Source: Vitrella brassicaformis CCMP3155
Lineage: Eukaryota > Protista > Chromerida
Reading direction: 5' to 3'
Length of the DNA stretch: 64,000 nt
Assembly (NCBI GenBank): GCA_001179505.1
Contig: CDMY01000318.1
Span: 59,215 to 123,214 of the forward strand
Shown here: positions 35,539 to 48,591 of the stretch, one piece after another
How positions within the stretch are numbered: position 1 is the stretch's first letter
How the letters are laid out: every line of letters starts with the position of its first letter
Notes under the pieces: generated by a model
The model's input: the letters and a program-made list of their open reading frames with translations, nothing else
Told to the model about the DNA's origin: nothing
Database searches by the model: none
Translations under genes and position numbers: made by a program

Positions 35539-38500
35539 TCACTCAGCGGTCTGTGCGGCGAGCCGCCTCCTCTCCTTGAGGACGAACTCGTGTGTCATCT
35601 CGCCGTTGTTCTTCATGACTTTGTTGTATAAGTCACGGTGGGTCTCGAACAGCTCAACCGACGGCAGCGGCACATCGCCATCACCCACACCACCGCCCAC
35701 ACTCGACGGTGACGCCGCATCAGACAAATGGCCCCCTGATGATGTGCCCAGAGGGGCTGCAGCTGGCGAAGTAGCGCCGGTGGGCTGGCTGGTGCTGGTG
35801 GGCCATCCGCCACCCTGGAGTGCCCTGACCCAATTGACCAGCTGTGGGTCATCCGTACTGCAGCGCGTCACGCGGCGGTAGCGGGCCATGGCGTCGCGAT
35901 GCCGCCCGACGTCCGGCACCCACCGAGTGAGGTACTCGCCCTTGCTGGCCATGCGGTTGACCTGGCTCGAGAAATGCTGCGAGTTCTGAAGCAACACACA
36001 CACACACAGGTAGTGTGTGTGGTACTTGACAGACTGAGTGTCCCGGTCAATAAACCGACCCACCTGGTTGATTTCGTCCCTGATGCGGAGGAATGGACTC
36101 TGTGATCGGATGATTTTGTTCTTGTGGTCCTTCTTCCAGCTGTCGGGCCACTCGATGACGTCCATCAAGCGGAAGTACACCTGCACAGACAGACAGACAA
36201 ACATCCATCCACACACACAAGCTAGCTGGCACAAACGAACAAGGGAGAGATCATGCACCTCCCCTCCCCATCTCTCTCGCTGTCTCTCTCTTGGTGTGTG
36301 TGTATTGAGGGAGGCACCGCACCGACCACAACGATTTTGCAGTACTCGTCGAACAGCTGGTCCTCAGGCGGCTGACTGCACGACAGACACAGTAGACACA
36401 ACACAAGAGCGACACATACATTCTCAGCCATGGCCTCTCTCCTTCCCCCCCTCCCACGATCGCTCTCAGTGTTACTTACGTGCTGAGCATTTCGAATGTG
36501 CAGTGGATGACGATGCTGAGCGCCAAAGTGACCTCCGTCTGCCGGTACTCGTCATGCGCAGGGGTCTCCTGCTGCTGCTGCTGGTGCTGGGCCGGGGTGC
36601 GTTTGAGCCCCTCCAGACAGGTGGCCCACAGGCAGGCCAGCATGGTGGCCCCGTCGTAGCACTGCCCGTTGACAATCAACTCGTAGGCCATCTTGGCCAT
36701 GTTGGCCGTGAAGAGCACGCCGCGGAACATGCCGTAGAAGTCACGCTCCAGCTCGGCAAGGGTGGGTGGCTGCTGGGCATAGCCGCGGTGCAGCTGGGCC
36801 CGCCGAGTGCTGCTGGCAACCACAATGGGGCTCTCGTCGGGAAACCTCTGCGGAACGGCCCGCTTCACCTGGTCCTGCAGACAGACACACATCCAGAGCC
36901 GGATGGGCCCATGGCTGGGTGGGTGGAATCATGTGTGCGACTGTGCGTGCATTATAGACAGACAGGCGAACCGACCTCCGTCTCCAGTAAGACGCTGTTG
37001 TCGCCGTGGGGGTCGAGGCTGACGATGACGGTTGTGAGCAGGTGGGTGAGCTCGTCGGGCTTGCCGGCCTCCTGCGGACGGAGGAGCGCCCTGATCTCGG
37101 GGTGCTGATGCAGCGCCTGATCCACCTGCTGCCGCAGCAAGTGACGGTCCAGCGTCCACGCCGCCAAGCTCCTGTGGATGGCCATCCATAGGTGAATGGC
37201 TGTCTGTCTGTCTGTCTGTTCGGGTGTGTGTGTGGGTTGGTTGCGTACAGGGTCGGCTGCTGAATGGTGCGTGCAAGTGGCCAGTGGTAGGCGACGAAGA
37301 GGTAGATGAAGCACTCGAGGCTGCGCAGCCGGGGGTCGTGTGCCTGGTCTTTGAGATTCTGCGCGTTGAGGGCGTTGGGCTGCCAGTGCCGCAGCATCAG
37401 GTAGCAGTCACCACCCTCCTCGGAAAACTCGTGCCGACGCTGGGCGAACGCCTATTCGTTCGTTCGTTCGGGGGACAGACAGACAGACAGACGGACGGAC
37501 AGGTGTCTGTGGGCGTGTTGAGTGCGTGGCTGCGTGCGTGGCTTTGGCTTACGATGTAGATCTCGTTGGCTTTGGCGAGTATTTTGTTCTTCCGCTCCTG
37601 CTCCTGCCAGTCGTCCTTCTCGCGCTGGAAGGCCTGATGTGGTGGATGGACACACGGATCCATCAGGGCAGTCTGTCTGTGTGTCTGTCTGTGTGTGTGT
37701 ACCAGGTGGTCCTTCTCGATCTCGTCAACGAGTGAGTGCGGGAGCTGCCGCTTGAGGTAGTCCACAATCAGACCCCGATACTCACGCGCGTCGCTCGCCA
37801 CCACATCCTGCTCCACCTCCACCTCCCCATCCGCACCCTCCCCACCGCCACCGCCATGCTGGTTGTCGTCATCCTCCTCCACCGGCCCGCCCTCATCTTC
37901 AAAGTCCAGCTCGCTCCCATTCCCCTGACCCCCGTCCATGTCGGCGTCTCTCGCCGTCGGGTTGAGGTCCATCTGTGGCGGCGACATTGCCGTCCCCGAT
38001 GCGCGCGGCTCGATGGGCGGGCTGGACACGGTGTCCATCGGGGTGGGGGCGGAGGGGTCTGATCTGCGAAGGGGGGAGGGGGAGGCGGCCGTCTCCTGCT
38101 TCTCCTGCTCCTGCTGCTCTTGCTGCTGCTGCAGCAGTTGTGTGTTGTGTGTGGGTCCCCCGAAGATGATGTGGAGGTTGTTGATGCATCGGACGGCGTA
38201 GAAGTGGTCGACGTAGACGGCGACGTAGGCGTTGGTGTACTCGGAGGGGCCGGTGGTGCCGTCGGCCGACTTGGTGCCCTGCGCGTGCAGCATCACCTGA
38301 TCGGTCAGTCAAAGGTGGATGGATCGATGCATCGGGTGGGTTCTGTTGTGTCGCTTTCTTTGTGTTGTGCGGCGGTGCGGTCCGGTTCTTTGGTGTGTGG
38401 TGGTGGTGGCTGACCTCTTCTTGTGGTACGACGGAGACGTTGGAGTCGTTGAACTTGTACCAGGTGCCCTGCAGGAGGTCACGCAGGTACGCCCAGTAGT

Positions 38501-39589
38501 GACCTGCACACACACACCCAATGGAACCACACACGCCCGTCAAGGAAGCCCACTCTCTCTTTTTCTCTCTCTCTCTGCGCGCGCGTGTGTGTGTGTGTGT
38601 GTGCGTGTCCATTGCTGTGCCTACTGCTCACACACCTGATCCAGCCACGCCCTGCCGACACGCCATCACACAAAAGTAAGGCACACCGAAGGTCCTGGTG
38701 CGTGTCTTGTTTGTTACCTGGTGGATCCAGAGCGCGTGCAGGTAGTAGGGGTGGTCATTCAGGTGCGCAAAGGCCTTCTCGATGTTCCGCCCCAGCGTGT
38801 TGGCCCGCCCCTCCAGCTCGCGCCGCTGACCCTCCAGCACACTAGCTGTCGCACGGATCTTCTCAACCAAACCGTCAACCACACCGCCACCGCCGCCCAG
38901 CCACGCGCCATAGTCGACAGCTGCCGTCGGAGTCGCCAGAGGCGGATGGATGGCAGCCGGATCGGTCAGCAAGGCTGCCGGCTCGACGCCGCCGTGGTGC
39001 TCTCTGTCGTCAGCGGCTGCCTGGGAGGGAATGGACTCGTTGCTGGCGACGCGAGAGTGGGTGTGGGTGTGGGTCAATTGGGTGTGGGTGGAGGGCAGGG
39101 CGAGGCCGGCAGTTGCGTTTCGCCTTTGTGTGGCATCCTTGACTTGTTCGAAGAATGTGGCAGTGAGACGGAGGATGGTGTCGATGGCGGGATTGGCCGG
39201 CTCGCTGAAGTGGTTGTACCGCTGCATCGTGCTCTCCAGCTGACATCCATCCACCCACCCACCCACCCACACAAAGGCTTGTGTGTGGGCCGGTGCGATC
39301 TCGTGTGTGTGTGTGTGTGTGTTTCGCTCTCCTCTCCTGGCCTCGACTTACTGACCATGGCTTTCTGCTCCTTGAGTTTGGCGCATGCCTTTCTGACGCG
39401 GAGTGCCTCGGCTCTGTTTGAGTACATGAATCGGTCGACGAAGATGTGGCTGTCGAAGTGGAACACGTCGTTGAGTTTAATCTGCCGCTCCGTCGTGTGG
39501 TCGAACACCACCCGATGCAGCTGGAAGAACAGCAGATTCGGCTTCCGCTTCAACCACCACTCAGTCCGTGCCTGTGCCAACCACACACA

Positions 39590-39627
<38 letters not shown>

Positions 39628-42600
39628 AAGAGCCCAAGACGGTCGAAATGACACACAGAGAGGAAAGGAGAGAGCGTGGCGTGGCGTCATGTCCGCAGTG
39701 AGTGACCTGGATGGTCAACCCTCCGTCGGGCATTTTGTATTCGACGTCGTTGAAGTTTTGGCTCTCCCAGCCGCTGTAGACGTCCTGGTTCTTGAGGTCC
39801 AGGAAGACCTGCTGGAACTCCCGCTTCTCGTGCTCCTCCTCATGCGTACGTGTCCGATCCAAACCTCCACCACCTCCACCGCCTCCACCAAGACCTCCAG
39901 CACTCGCCCCCTGCTGCTGCTGCTGCTGCTGCTGCCTCTCACAGCTGCCGCCCACACCAGAATCGGCCGATACTGCCGCCGCAGCGTCAGCCATGGTGGC
40001 CATGGCCCCCGTGGTCTCGCCGGTGTCCATGACGTCGGACTCTCTGCGGCTGGCGGGCGAGATGCCTGTGGGTGGTGGGACTGTGATTGGCGGGGGCAGT
40101 GGGGGGTGGGATGGCGACGAGTGTTTGCTGGAGGGGCGCGTGCGGCGGACCAGGGGCGTGCGGGACGACGCTGGCGCGTTGCCGGGGATCGTCAAAAACT
40201 GACCCACACACAGACACAGACACAAGACACAGGAGCGAAATAAGGGAGAATGGACACGGCGGGATGAGTGCTGTTAGTTCTGGAGGTTCTCTCCCACCCA
40301 CCTGGACGCCCTCTCCGAAGAAGACCTGTTTGAGCACCCTGATGCCCAGATCACCCGCCGCCTCACTCTCACCCACCACCTGATCCTCCTGCTGCTGATG
40401 CTGCTGATGCTGGTCGTCTCCCCCATTGCTGACGCTAACACTCACGTTCATGGCAGTGGGTGGCAAAGGCGGCAGGAGACCGCCCGCATCGTATGATGGC
40501 GCGGGGGGCGGTGCCGTGTAGTCTTCTGGGTGGGCGGCGTGCATGTGGTTGTCTTGGGGCTGCTGCTGCTGCTGCTGTGTGTTGGTGTTGGTGCTGGTGT
40601 TGGTGCGCGGTGATGGGAGGGGCGGCGAGGGATAGAGAGGCGGCGGGGGCGGGAGGTGGGTGCTGATGGGGCGGGGCTGGATCACCGTGCCTTGCATGAA
40701 ACCTGATTGTTGAGTTGATGCGACGCGAGCACACAAATCAAGGCAGAGAGAGATAGCAGGGCGATGCGATGCGATGCGTGAGAGTGCAAGGGCGGCTCTT
40801 CCGCTCTGTGTGCGTGTGTGTGTGTGTGTGAGTACCTTCTTCGAGTCTTTCGAAGAACTTGAGCGAGAACTCGCCCACGTCCTCCTGCGTGCCCAGGGGG
40901 ATCTTCTGACCTGAGTGAGTGAGCCACACAGACAGACAGCGCACACCACACGTGTCAATGGACACACACCAAAGTGACCCCACAGAGTGAGTGCAGTGAC
41001 AGTGAATGAGCGCACCCTTCTCATCGACAAAGTGCGCCAGGACGCTCCCGGGGCTGACGTACTTGCGCTTGGACAGCAGCATGTGCGCAAACAGACGGCG
41101 CAGCTCCACCACTGATGAGCGTGTCAGTGTGTGGCATAGCAACAGACACATAGTGATCACCAGACGTCTGACTGAGTCTTTATGTGTCACACGCATCACC
41201 TAGTGATTGCGACGCGGTCCGCCTCTTCCTCGCGCCGCTGGTGTCCCTGACAAACACACCAACACGCGTCACATCGTGTGTGAAGACCTCATGATAATAT
41301 GCCGACAGACAGACATTTCCCGCTCGGCTTACTTTTCGCCCTGGGGCGTTTCGACCCTCTCCGTGGCCGGGCTGGGCACGGCGTCCGCCGCACCGTCACC
41401 GCTCCCATTGCTGTATCATTCATATGCAAACAGACAGACACAACATCCCACAAGCATCATGTCCCACGAACACCCTGCCACTTACCCAGCAGTGGTCTCG
41501 GACGCCGTGGCCGCCGTGGCGGCCGTGGCGGCCTCGGCTGCACTGCTGCTGCTGCTGCTGGCCCCCGCCGCAGCCTCCCTCTCGGCCGCCTCCTGCTGCT
41601 GCCTCCTCGCCTCGGCCTCGGCGGCCATGGCGGCCTCACGCTGGCGCCGCTTCTCGCGCGCCTCGACGAACCGCTCCTTCTCGTGGGGGGACAGCTCACT
41701 CTCCTCGCGATAGCGCAGCACACAGTCGACGAACTCGGGGACCAGGAAGAGCGTCTGGAGAAAGGAGTTGACGTAGCACGCTGATTGCACAGTGCACAGA
41801 CATAGAGAGAGGGAGGGAGGATGGAGGCAGAGATGAGGAGGTGGAGGTGAGGTGAGCTGACTGTGTTCATTTACTGTTTCCGATGTTTTTGAGGCCGCAA
41901 GGTTCGCCTTCTTTGCGTTCCCGCTCGTATGGGTTGGACGTGTCGGCCACGGCCTGCGGACCAGAATCCACCATCGACATCTCCACAGCTGGTCAGACCA
42001 ATCCACCCCATCGCCACCACACACACACACACACACATCTGCCGGGTATGATTGCGTGAGGAGCGTCTGTCTGCCTGCCTGCCTGCCCACCTTTTGCGAT
42101 CTCCTTGTCCTCATCAGTCATGGCCGGACCTGTCAGTCGATGGACAGAGTCCGACAGACACACAGACAGACAGACAGACGAACACGCACTCGTGAGTGAT
42201 ATGGATGCATATATTGCGCTCGCTTATCCGTGTGAATGAATGACCGAATGTGTGTGTGTATGTGTGATGGGTTGCTGTGCTGTGCGCGAGTGATGTGTGT
42301 GCGCCTCGTCGTGTCACGACCTACCGCTAGCCCCCACCCCGCCGCCGCCTGAGTCAGGCCCTGCCTGAGCTGGCCCGATGGCCTGCAGAGTGGAGCCGCT
42401 GCCGCCGCCACCGCCAGCCGTCACGTCCACATCCATCGCCTGCTGACCTGCACCAACCAATGCACCCCACAAACAGACAGAGAGATATGGTTGTGTTTGT
42501 TTACGTGTGAGAGGTGCCCTGTCTGCCACGCACCTCCGCTATCATTTCCCTGCTGCGTAATCAGCGCGTTGACGGCCGCCTGGATGTCGCCTTTGTGATC

Positions 42601-42771
42601 GCGAAGCTTCTCCCTGAGGTGAAAGCAGCAAGAGGCTCAAGAGGCTCAGCATGCCCTCTTTTGGCGTGCCGATGCGTGTGTGTGTCTCTGATGGCTGGCT
42701 GACCTCGCGGCCGCCTCCGGGAAGCCCATTTCGACGATTTGCTGCACCAGATCAGGGGCTGGTTGCGACAT
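35539..42771 (-). CDS. Ubiquitin carboxyl-terminal hydrolase, USP25/USP28-like, with N-terminal UBA domain
   Basis: UBA (MSQPAPDLVQQIVEMGFPEAAAR...HKGDIQAAVNAL), Cys box GLKNIGN/TCYVNSFLQTLF, QEDVGEF, LFFQLHRV, coiled-coil insert, His box YYLHALWIHQ/GVAGS/GHYWAYL...WYKFNDSNV and NAYVAVY. The exact 3' end is uncertain. Confidence 0.92.
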
Positions 42772-43109
42772 GGCCGGCAACACGTCGACACACTATCTGA
42801 TACCGGCGCCCTCACGCAAAACCTGACAGCAATCGATTCAATCGGATGATGGCCGACCTCCTATCGCATCCTTCCCCAGCCTCCACTTTTCTCCACTCCC
42901 ATTTGGTTGCGAGCTTCCAGCTCGCATGGTCCTATCCTTCCCAAACCAACCAATTCTCTTTTTCCCCGCGATTCCGCCTTTTCCCGTCGCGGTGTCCGCC
43001 AATGTGGCCGAGAAGTGGCCAGATCTCCACATCTCCCCTCCCATCTGGGGGCGTTTCAGTCTGCCCCCACCCGTCTCGATCTCTGAGTCGACTCCCTCCG
43101 ACTGAGAAG

Positions 43110-44814
43110 ATGCTGTGGCTGTTGATCTTGGGAGTGATCGGCGCGTCTTACAGCGGTACGCAGCTGTTACAGTCCAAGCTGACCACGCTTGTCCATGTTG
43201 TTGCGTCCTTAATTGCACTGCATGATGGTGTGCTGCCCAGTGGATGGGGCATCCGCAGCGTTCATCAAACGCGCCCGAAGCAAGTGAGTGGAGGCAGTGT
43301 CGGACAACGCGTGAGACAGCCACCGCTGTGTCTCTCCCTCTCTCTCTCTCTGTCTGTCTGTCTGTCTGTCTGTGTGTCTGTCTGTCTGTGTGTGTGTGTG
43401 TGCAGTTTGGTGGCGAGTCACCCGCTCTCACGTGTGTGCTGCGTGTTCGCCAATACATCGTGGCTGGATGGTGCACTGGCGTACCGAGCAGAGAAAGCCG
43501 CGGAGACCGCATCAACTCTCATGGTATGTCGTCTCTCTTGTGCCCGGCTGGCTGCCATCTGTCCTCAGTGACCACACACACACACACACATACACACACA
43601 CATCAATCACACCGTATCCTGCCTGCATTCCTGCACTGCAGGAGGCGGCCGCCACACAACGGTCTCTCGCCGAGATCAGAGCGAAAGACACAAAGGAAGT
43701 CCACCACGACACCGTCGCGTGAGTGAGCGACATGACGACACTCTGTCTGTCTCGCTCTCTCGCGAATGTGTGTCTCTCGAATGTGTGACTGCATGCGCAT
43801 GACAGGAGAATCGGCGGCTCGCGCCGCCGCCATCGCGTCTTCCCCCGCTGTCCACTCCGCAACGATGAGTGCGTGGGAGGAGGCTTCTTTCGCGTGGGGC
43901 GAGACAGCTCAGGTCACTCCGCTAAAGGGAGGCTCCTCTGGCCACCCCAGGCACTAATCGCAGGGAAAGAGCCCGTCTGTGTCCTTGCAGGCAACTGCAC
44001 ACCTCTTGGACATGATCTTCATGCTCAAGAAGCACCCTTCACTGAACGCCAAGCTGGTCGGTATAGACAGAGGCAGGCAGGAGGGCAGGCAGACCGACCG
44101 ACAGACAAAGTGTCCCTGCCGCCACACACACTCGCTGTCCGTATGCCAGAACATGGAGAAGTGGGAGGCATCCGCCAAGCCGGTTAAACAAGCCCTGGAG
44201 GCCGCTGAGGCTGCGGGAGACGCCGCAGCGATGATACGGTCCGCTGAGACAATCAAGAACGCACAGAAGGCGGCTGACTCATTCGAGACGGCCACAGAGG
44301 TATGTCCCTGCACCACCAAACTCTACTGAACCTCGTCGTTTCTTCTTTGTCCACTGTTCCCTTCCCTTGCAGGCGGCAGCAGCGGCCCGTCTGTGGTGTC
44401 TCAAGGAGCCCACCGCACCCATGGTCGACATTTGGGACTCACCGATGTCGACCCTCACGGAATTCACATCTGTGCCGGGAGGGCAGCCCCAGATCGCCTG
44501 CCAGGAGACCCGTGCTGAGCAAGGGGTGAGTCGCCCTTTCTTGAGTCGAGGAAGGAAGCAATGAGGACAACCGACAGCCATCTGTTGATGATGTGGATGT
44601 GCGGGTGCGTGTCGGTTGTGTGCAGGTGCGGGAGAAGACGTGCGTCGGTTTGCTCGAGGAACAGTCAGATGAGATGCCGACGCCCGACTGGACGGTCAAG
44701 TTGTCCCATCTGGCTGTGCAGAGATGTGTCCGGCACCTTTCATGGCCTGAGCATGAGCAGCCCAGCGACGACAGACAAGGCGACGGATGCTCATTTGTTC
44801 ACGGTGACTCTTAA
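43110..44814 (+). CDS. Hypothetical multi-exon protein with N-terminal hydrophobic (signal-like) segment
   Basis: MLWLLILGVIGASYSG followed by GT-AG-bounded exons (WLDGALAYRAEKAAETASTLM / EAAATQRSLAEIRAK / ATAHLLDMIFMLKKHPSL / NMEKWEASAKPVKQALEAAE... / ...VHGDS*). No family recognised. Confidence 0.55.
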
Positions 44815-45135
44815 GACCGACGATCGCGCTGAAAGCATTCATCTACTTCGCAAAGGCAGGCAGGCATCGAGTGTCTCTCAGTTCGTTCGTCTCTCTCTGT
44901 CAACACGAAGACGGAAAAACGCCCTTCTCTCTCGCCTCCCGCCTCACGACATGCCCGCCAACCCACCCACGCTCGTATCCATCCATCCATCCATCGATCC
45001 ATCCATTCAGTCGATTCAGTCGATTCAGTCGCTGACAGACATCATCTCTACATCCATCCACACGGCAGGCAGGCAGCGAGCGAGACAGAGAAAGTCGGCT
45101 ACCCCGCAATCCAGCAACCAACCAAGCAAGCAAAC

Positions 45136-47379
45136 CTACACATCGCTAGCCGCTGCCTCTGACCCTCCCCCACCACCGCCGCCGCCCCCACCCCCAGAAC
45201 TATCGTTGCTGCCGTCCTTGGTGCCTGACGGCCTCTTCCCCTTCTTGCCCTTCCCTCGACGCTTCTCGCTCTTCCGCCGCCGCCCGTCCACGACAGCAGA
45301 TCGTCGAGATGACGGCAATGCTGTCCCCACCACTCCCTCCCGCCTCTGCACCCACGTCACAGGCCGCCTACGCCGTTTCGTCATGTCCATCACAGAAGAG
45401 TCGTTCAGTGGGTCAGCAGACGTGACGACCAGCCGCCCCCTGGCGCCGCTCAGCACGCGCCTCCACCTCTCGCGTCGGCCGACGAGGCGGCCCATAGAGA
45501 CGATAACCAGGTCGGTGTCCATGCCGGCGTGCTCCACCAGGTCCACCTCATCCAGTGCGATCCGCCTGGCCTTGACTGGCTCACCCACACGCAGGGACGG
45601 GGTCCGCCTGTGCTGATGCTGCGGCTGTTCTTCACGGGGGTGCGCATGTGTGGGGCGGGAGATGTCCTGCTGCGGGAGCCCCTCCTGGCCGTCCTCCTGG
45701 AGCACGATGTCCACGGCCGTGACTGGGCGGCGGTCGTGGAACCGCACCGGGCCCGTCACCCTCTCATGCGCCCGCTGCTCCTCTTGCTCACGAGCCTTTT
45801 TCTCCTTGACCTTCTTGCGCAGCACCTGCAGGGCGCTGGCCAGCTTCCCCTTGTGCGTCACGCCCTCGTCCCTCTCCTCGGTAACCGGTGCCGGCCGCCG
45901 CTTGACAAGCTTGGGCGGAGTGATGGGGAAAAACTCCTCAGGGGGACGCACGGGGGGGACGGGGGGCGGTGGAGGGGCTGGTGCTGGTGTGGGTGTGGGA
46001 GTCGGCACCTCCACTTCCGCCTCTTCTTCTGGCGGCGCTCCCCTTTCGGCGAGTCGTTTGGTCCTGAGCGCTCGTGCGGTGTCGTGCAGAGTCTGCATGG
46101 TGGTGGGGAGAGCCTGGGCGGTGAGGTAGGACGTCACCCACGACGGCAGGTTGACCCGCGGGTCGTCGAAGTGGTACATGACGTAGTCCATCCCGGGCTG
46201 GTCGATCGAGCCCGACTTGTGGCGTGTGAACAGCACCAGGTGCGACTTGAAGGTGCGGATGCGGACGACCCCTCCGATCTCCGGACAGTCCTCGCGAGTC
46301 ACCGCTTGTGAGACCGACACCAGGGCGTCATCGCCGTCCTGGCAGTGGTAGCGACGGAAGCGGCGCGCATAGACGAAGTCGCGGTCTTGCAGTGGCCAGG
46401 GGAGCTTGAACCGCCAGTAGATGGTCTCCTCCACATCCAGATCCACATCGACGTCCACCTCCTCCTCCTCATCGGCAGTGTCGCATGTAAGGCTCTGGAC
46501 CACCCGGACAGTGTCGATGTTGTCGTCCCACGACCGGCGGAAGTCGAGGTCGCCCGTGGTGATGTTGTAGTCGACCACCGAGATGTCGTCGAAGGAACCC
46601 ACAGCCATGTACTCGTACAGCTTGACGCCCCCATTCTCCCCGCTGCTGCCCACCCGCCGCCGCCAGAGGGTGCAGATCCTGGCCTCGTGCACCTTCTCCC
46701 ACCCCTCCTTCTCGAATGCGATGCCCCCGTCGCGCACTGAACGGGCCCTGTCGAGGCACTCCTGCAAAGACTCGTCGCTGATGGACGGCTCAGGGATGGG
46801 GGCAGGAGGGGGCGGCCCCTCCTCGTCTGGCGGCTCTGGCTCTGGCTCCTCCTCCGGCTCGATGGCTTCTTGATGCTTAGGAGGCGGCTCTGGCTCGGCG
46901 GCCGTGTCCGTCGAGTCTTCAGCTGGCTCTTCATCAGAATCCGCATCGTCGTCATCTTCATGCCCCTCATCACTATCGCCGCCCAAGAGCCCGAAAGCCA
47001 TCCCCAAGACCTCGTCGCCATCGTCAGGCTCCTTCCTCACCGGCACCCCCCGGCCACTTGTCTTCGTCTGCCGTAGGAGCGAAGCGTTGGCCTGCCTGTC
47101 CATGAGGTCCCAGAGGTCGCCGCTGAGCGGCTCCTCCCCCCTGGCGAGCTCCGCGTTGATGAGGGACGCGTTGACGGGCAGCAGGTGGGGGAGAGTGAGG
47201 TTGCCGGGGGGTTGATGCCCGTCGCGACATAGGTCGGGTGGCAGGAGGCCCTCGAGGCCGTCGTCCGCACAGGGAGGGGGCTGTGACGTGTTGGTCGGCG
47301 GGAGTAGTGTGGATGCCGCTGCTGTGTCCATCCACGGCAGCAGGACAGCAGGGAGTGGCAGCAGAAGGGCCACACGCAT
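45136..47379 (-). CDS. START-domain lipid-transfer protein (PCTP/STARD7-like) with signal peptide; apparently intronless
   Basis: MRVALLLPLPAVLLPW leader. START core LYEYMAVGSF...LDFRRSWDDN...IYWRFKLPWPLQDRDFVYARR...YFDDPRVNLPSW-type motif (YHFDDPRVNLPSWVTSYL). One uninterrupted ORF. Confidence 0.88.
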   Translation of the reverse strand: MRVALLLPLPAVLLPWMDTAAASTLLPPTNTSQPPPCADDGLEGLLPPDLCRDGHQPPGNLTLPHLLPVNASLINAELARGEEPLSGDLWDLMDRQANASLLRQTKTSGRGVPVRKEPDDGDEVLGMAFGLLGGDSDEGHEDDDDADSDEEPAEDSTDTAAEPEPPPKHQEAIEPEEEPEPEPPDEEGPPPPAPIPEPSISDESLQECLDRARSVRDGGIAFEKEGWEKVHEARICTLWRRRVGSSGENGGVKLYEYMAVGSFDDISVVDYNITTGDLDFRRSWDDNIDTVRVVQSLTCDTADEEEEVDVDVDLDVEETIYWRFKLPWPLQDRDFVYARRFRRYHCQDGDDALVSVSQAVTREDCPEIGGVVRIRTFKSHLVLFTRHKSGSIDQPGMDYVMYHFDDPRVNLPSWVTSYLTAQALPTTMQTLHDTARALRTKRLAERGAPPEEEAEVEVPTPTPTPAPAPPPPPVPPVRPPEEFFPITPPKLVKRRPAPVTEERDEGVTHKGKLASALQVLRKKVKEKKAREQEEQRAHERVTGPVRFHDRRPVTAVDIVLQEDGQEGLPQQDISRPTHAHPREEQPQHQHRRTPSLRVGEPVKARRIALDEVDLVEHAGMDTDLVIVSMGRLVGRRERWRRVLSGARGRLVVTSADPLNDSSVMDMTKRRRRPVTWVQRREGVVGTALPSSRRSAVVDGRRRKSEKRRGKGKKGKRPSGTKDGSNDSSGGGGGGGGGGGSEAAASDV

Positions 47380-47711
47380 GGGACATTGGCAGGCAGGCAC
47401 ACAACACCTGAAAGATCAACCAAGGGCAGAAGGAGGAGCACAACACAATGATCGATGAGGGCCAGAAAGCAATGTGTGTTGCCCCGGCCGGCTGTGCCGT
47501 GCAGTGCCTGCTGCTCACCGCCGCTGCAGCTTCGTTCAGCAAACTATCATCACCCGTTCGCTCTCTTGAACAAATCACCGCAGTTCTGACAAAATCTCGT
47601 TCAAGCACACTCTCTGCTGCATAGAATGAAAGGAGTTCAGCGACTTGGGGAGGAGAAACTGCGCGCTTGGCAACTGCGAGCTTAGCTGAAATCAGATCTG
47701 GCAGAGAGACG

Positions 47712-48555
47712 ATGGAGGATTGTTTGCGGCTGCGCGGCCGCCGCGCCCCTGACAACTACGGCTACAGCTACCATGGCGACTACAACCAGCACGTGCTGTG
47801 CGGCTCGGCGGTGTCGTCTGGTCAGGAGCCCATCAAGCACACGACGCGGCCCATAACAACCAGCTCCACAGTGATAGGGCTCAAGTTCAATGGCGGCACC
47901 ATCGTCATGTCCGACACGGGAGGTCTGCCTGCCAGCGAAAACACACACACACATACACACACACACACAAGACGAGGGCCGGGCCGGTCAGTGCAGCGTG
48001 CACATGTGTCGGTGGTTTGTGTGTGTGTGTGTGCAGTGTGTTACGGTAACATGCTTCGTTTCAAAAGTTGCGAGAGGTTCTGTCAGGTGGGCGACCGCAC
48101 TGTGGTGGCGGCCAGCGGCGAGTACAGCGACTTCCAGTACCTCACGAGAGACCTCAAGGAGATGGAGTGAGTTTGCAGACGCAGCAAAGACGACATCAAA
48201 CAATGAGAAAAGCCCGCCGCTCATCTGATCTGCCCGCCTGTGTGTACTGAACTCATCAGCACGAGGGACTGGGTGCAGGAGGATGGTTGCTCGCGCGAGC
48301 CGTCGTCAATCGCTGCATACCTCGGTATGCTCACGTGTGGCGCAACCGTGATGGTGATGGATCATATGCGGCTGTCTGTGTGGCTGTGTGGGTGTGTGTG
48401 TCATCGCGTCCCAGGTCGCACCTTCTACGGCCAGCGGAGCCGGCTGGACCCCTACTGGAACCAGATGATAATGGCAGGATGGCAGAAGACCTCCAATGAG
48501 CCGTACACATGACGCCGGAGAGAGGAGAGGAGAGGAATGGACCATGGGATGTATG

Positions 48556-48591
<36 letters not shown>

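Noticed and set aside
44561-45616. 351-aa plus-strand ORF and similar long ORFs opposite GC-rich genes (e.g. 36038..37108, 38721..39701)
   Set aside because: Antisense to confidently assigned START and USP coding sequence and run through SSR introns. High GC content explains the lack of stops.
2554-47595. TGACAAAAT seen four times (2554 minus, 22846, 23419, 47587) as a candidate promoter motif
   Set aside because: Picked post hoc, one copy is in coding sequence, and it is absent from most divergent spacers. Not supportable without statistics.
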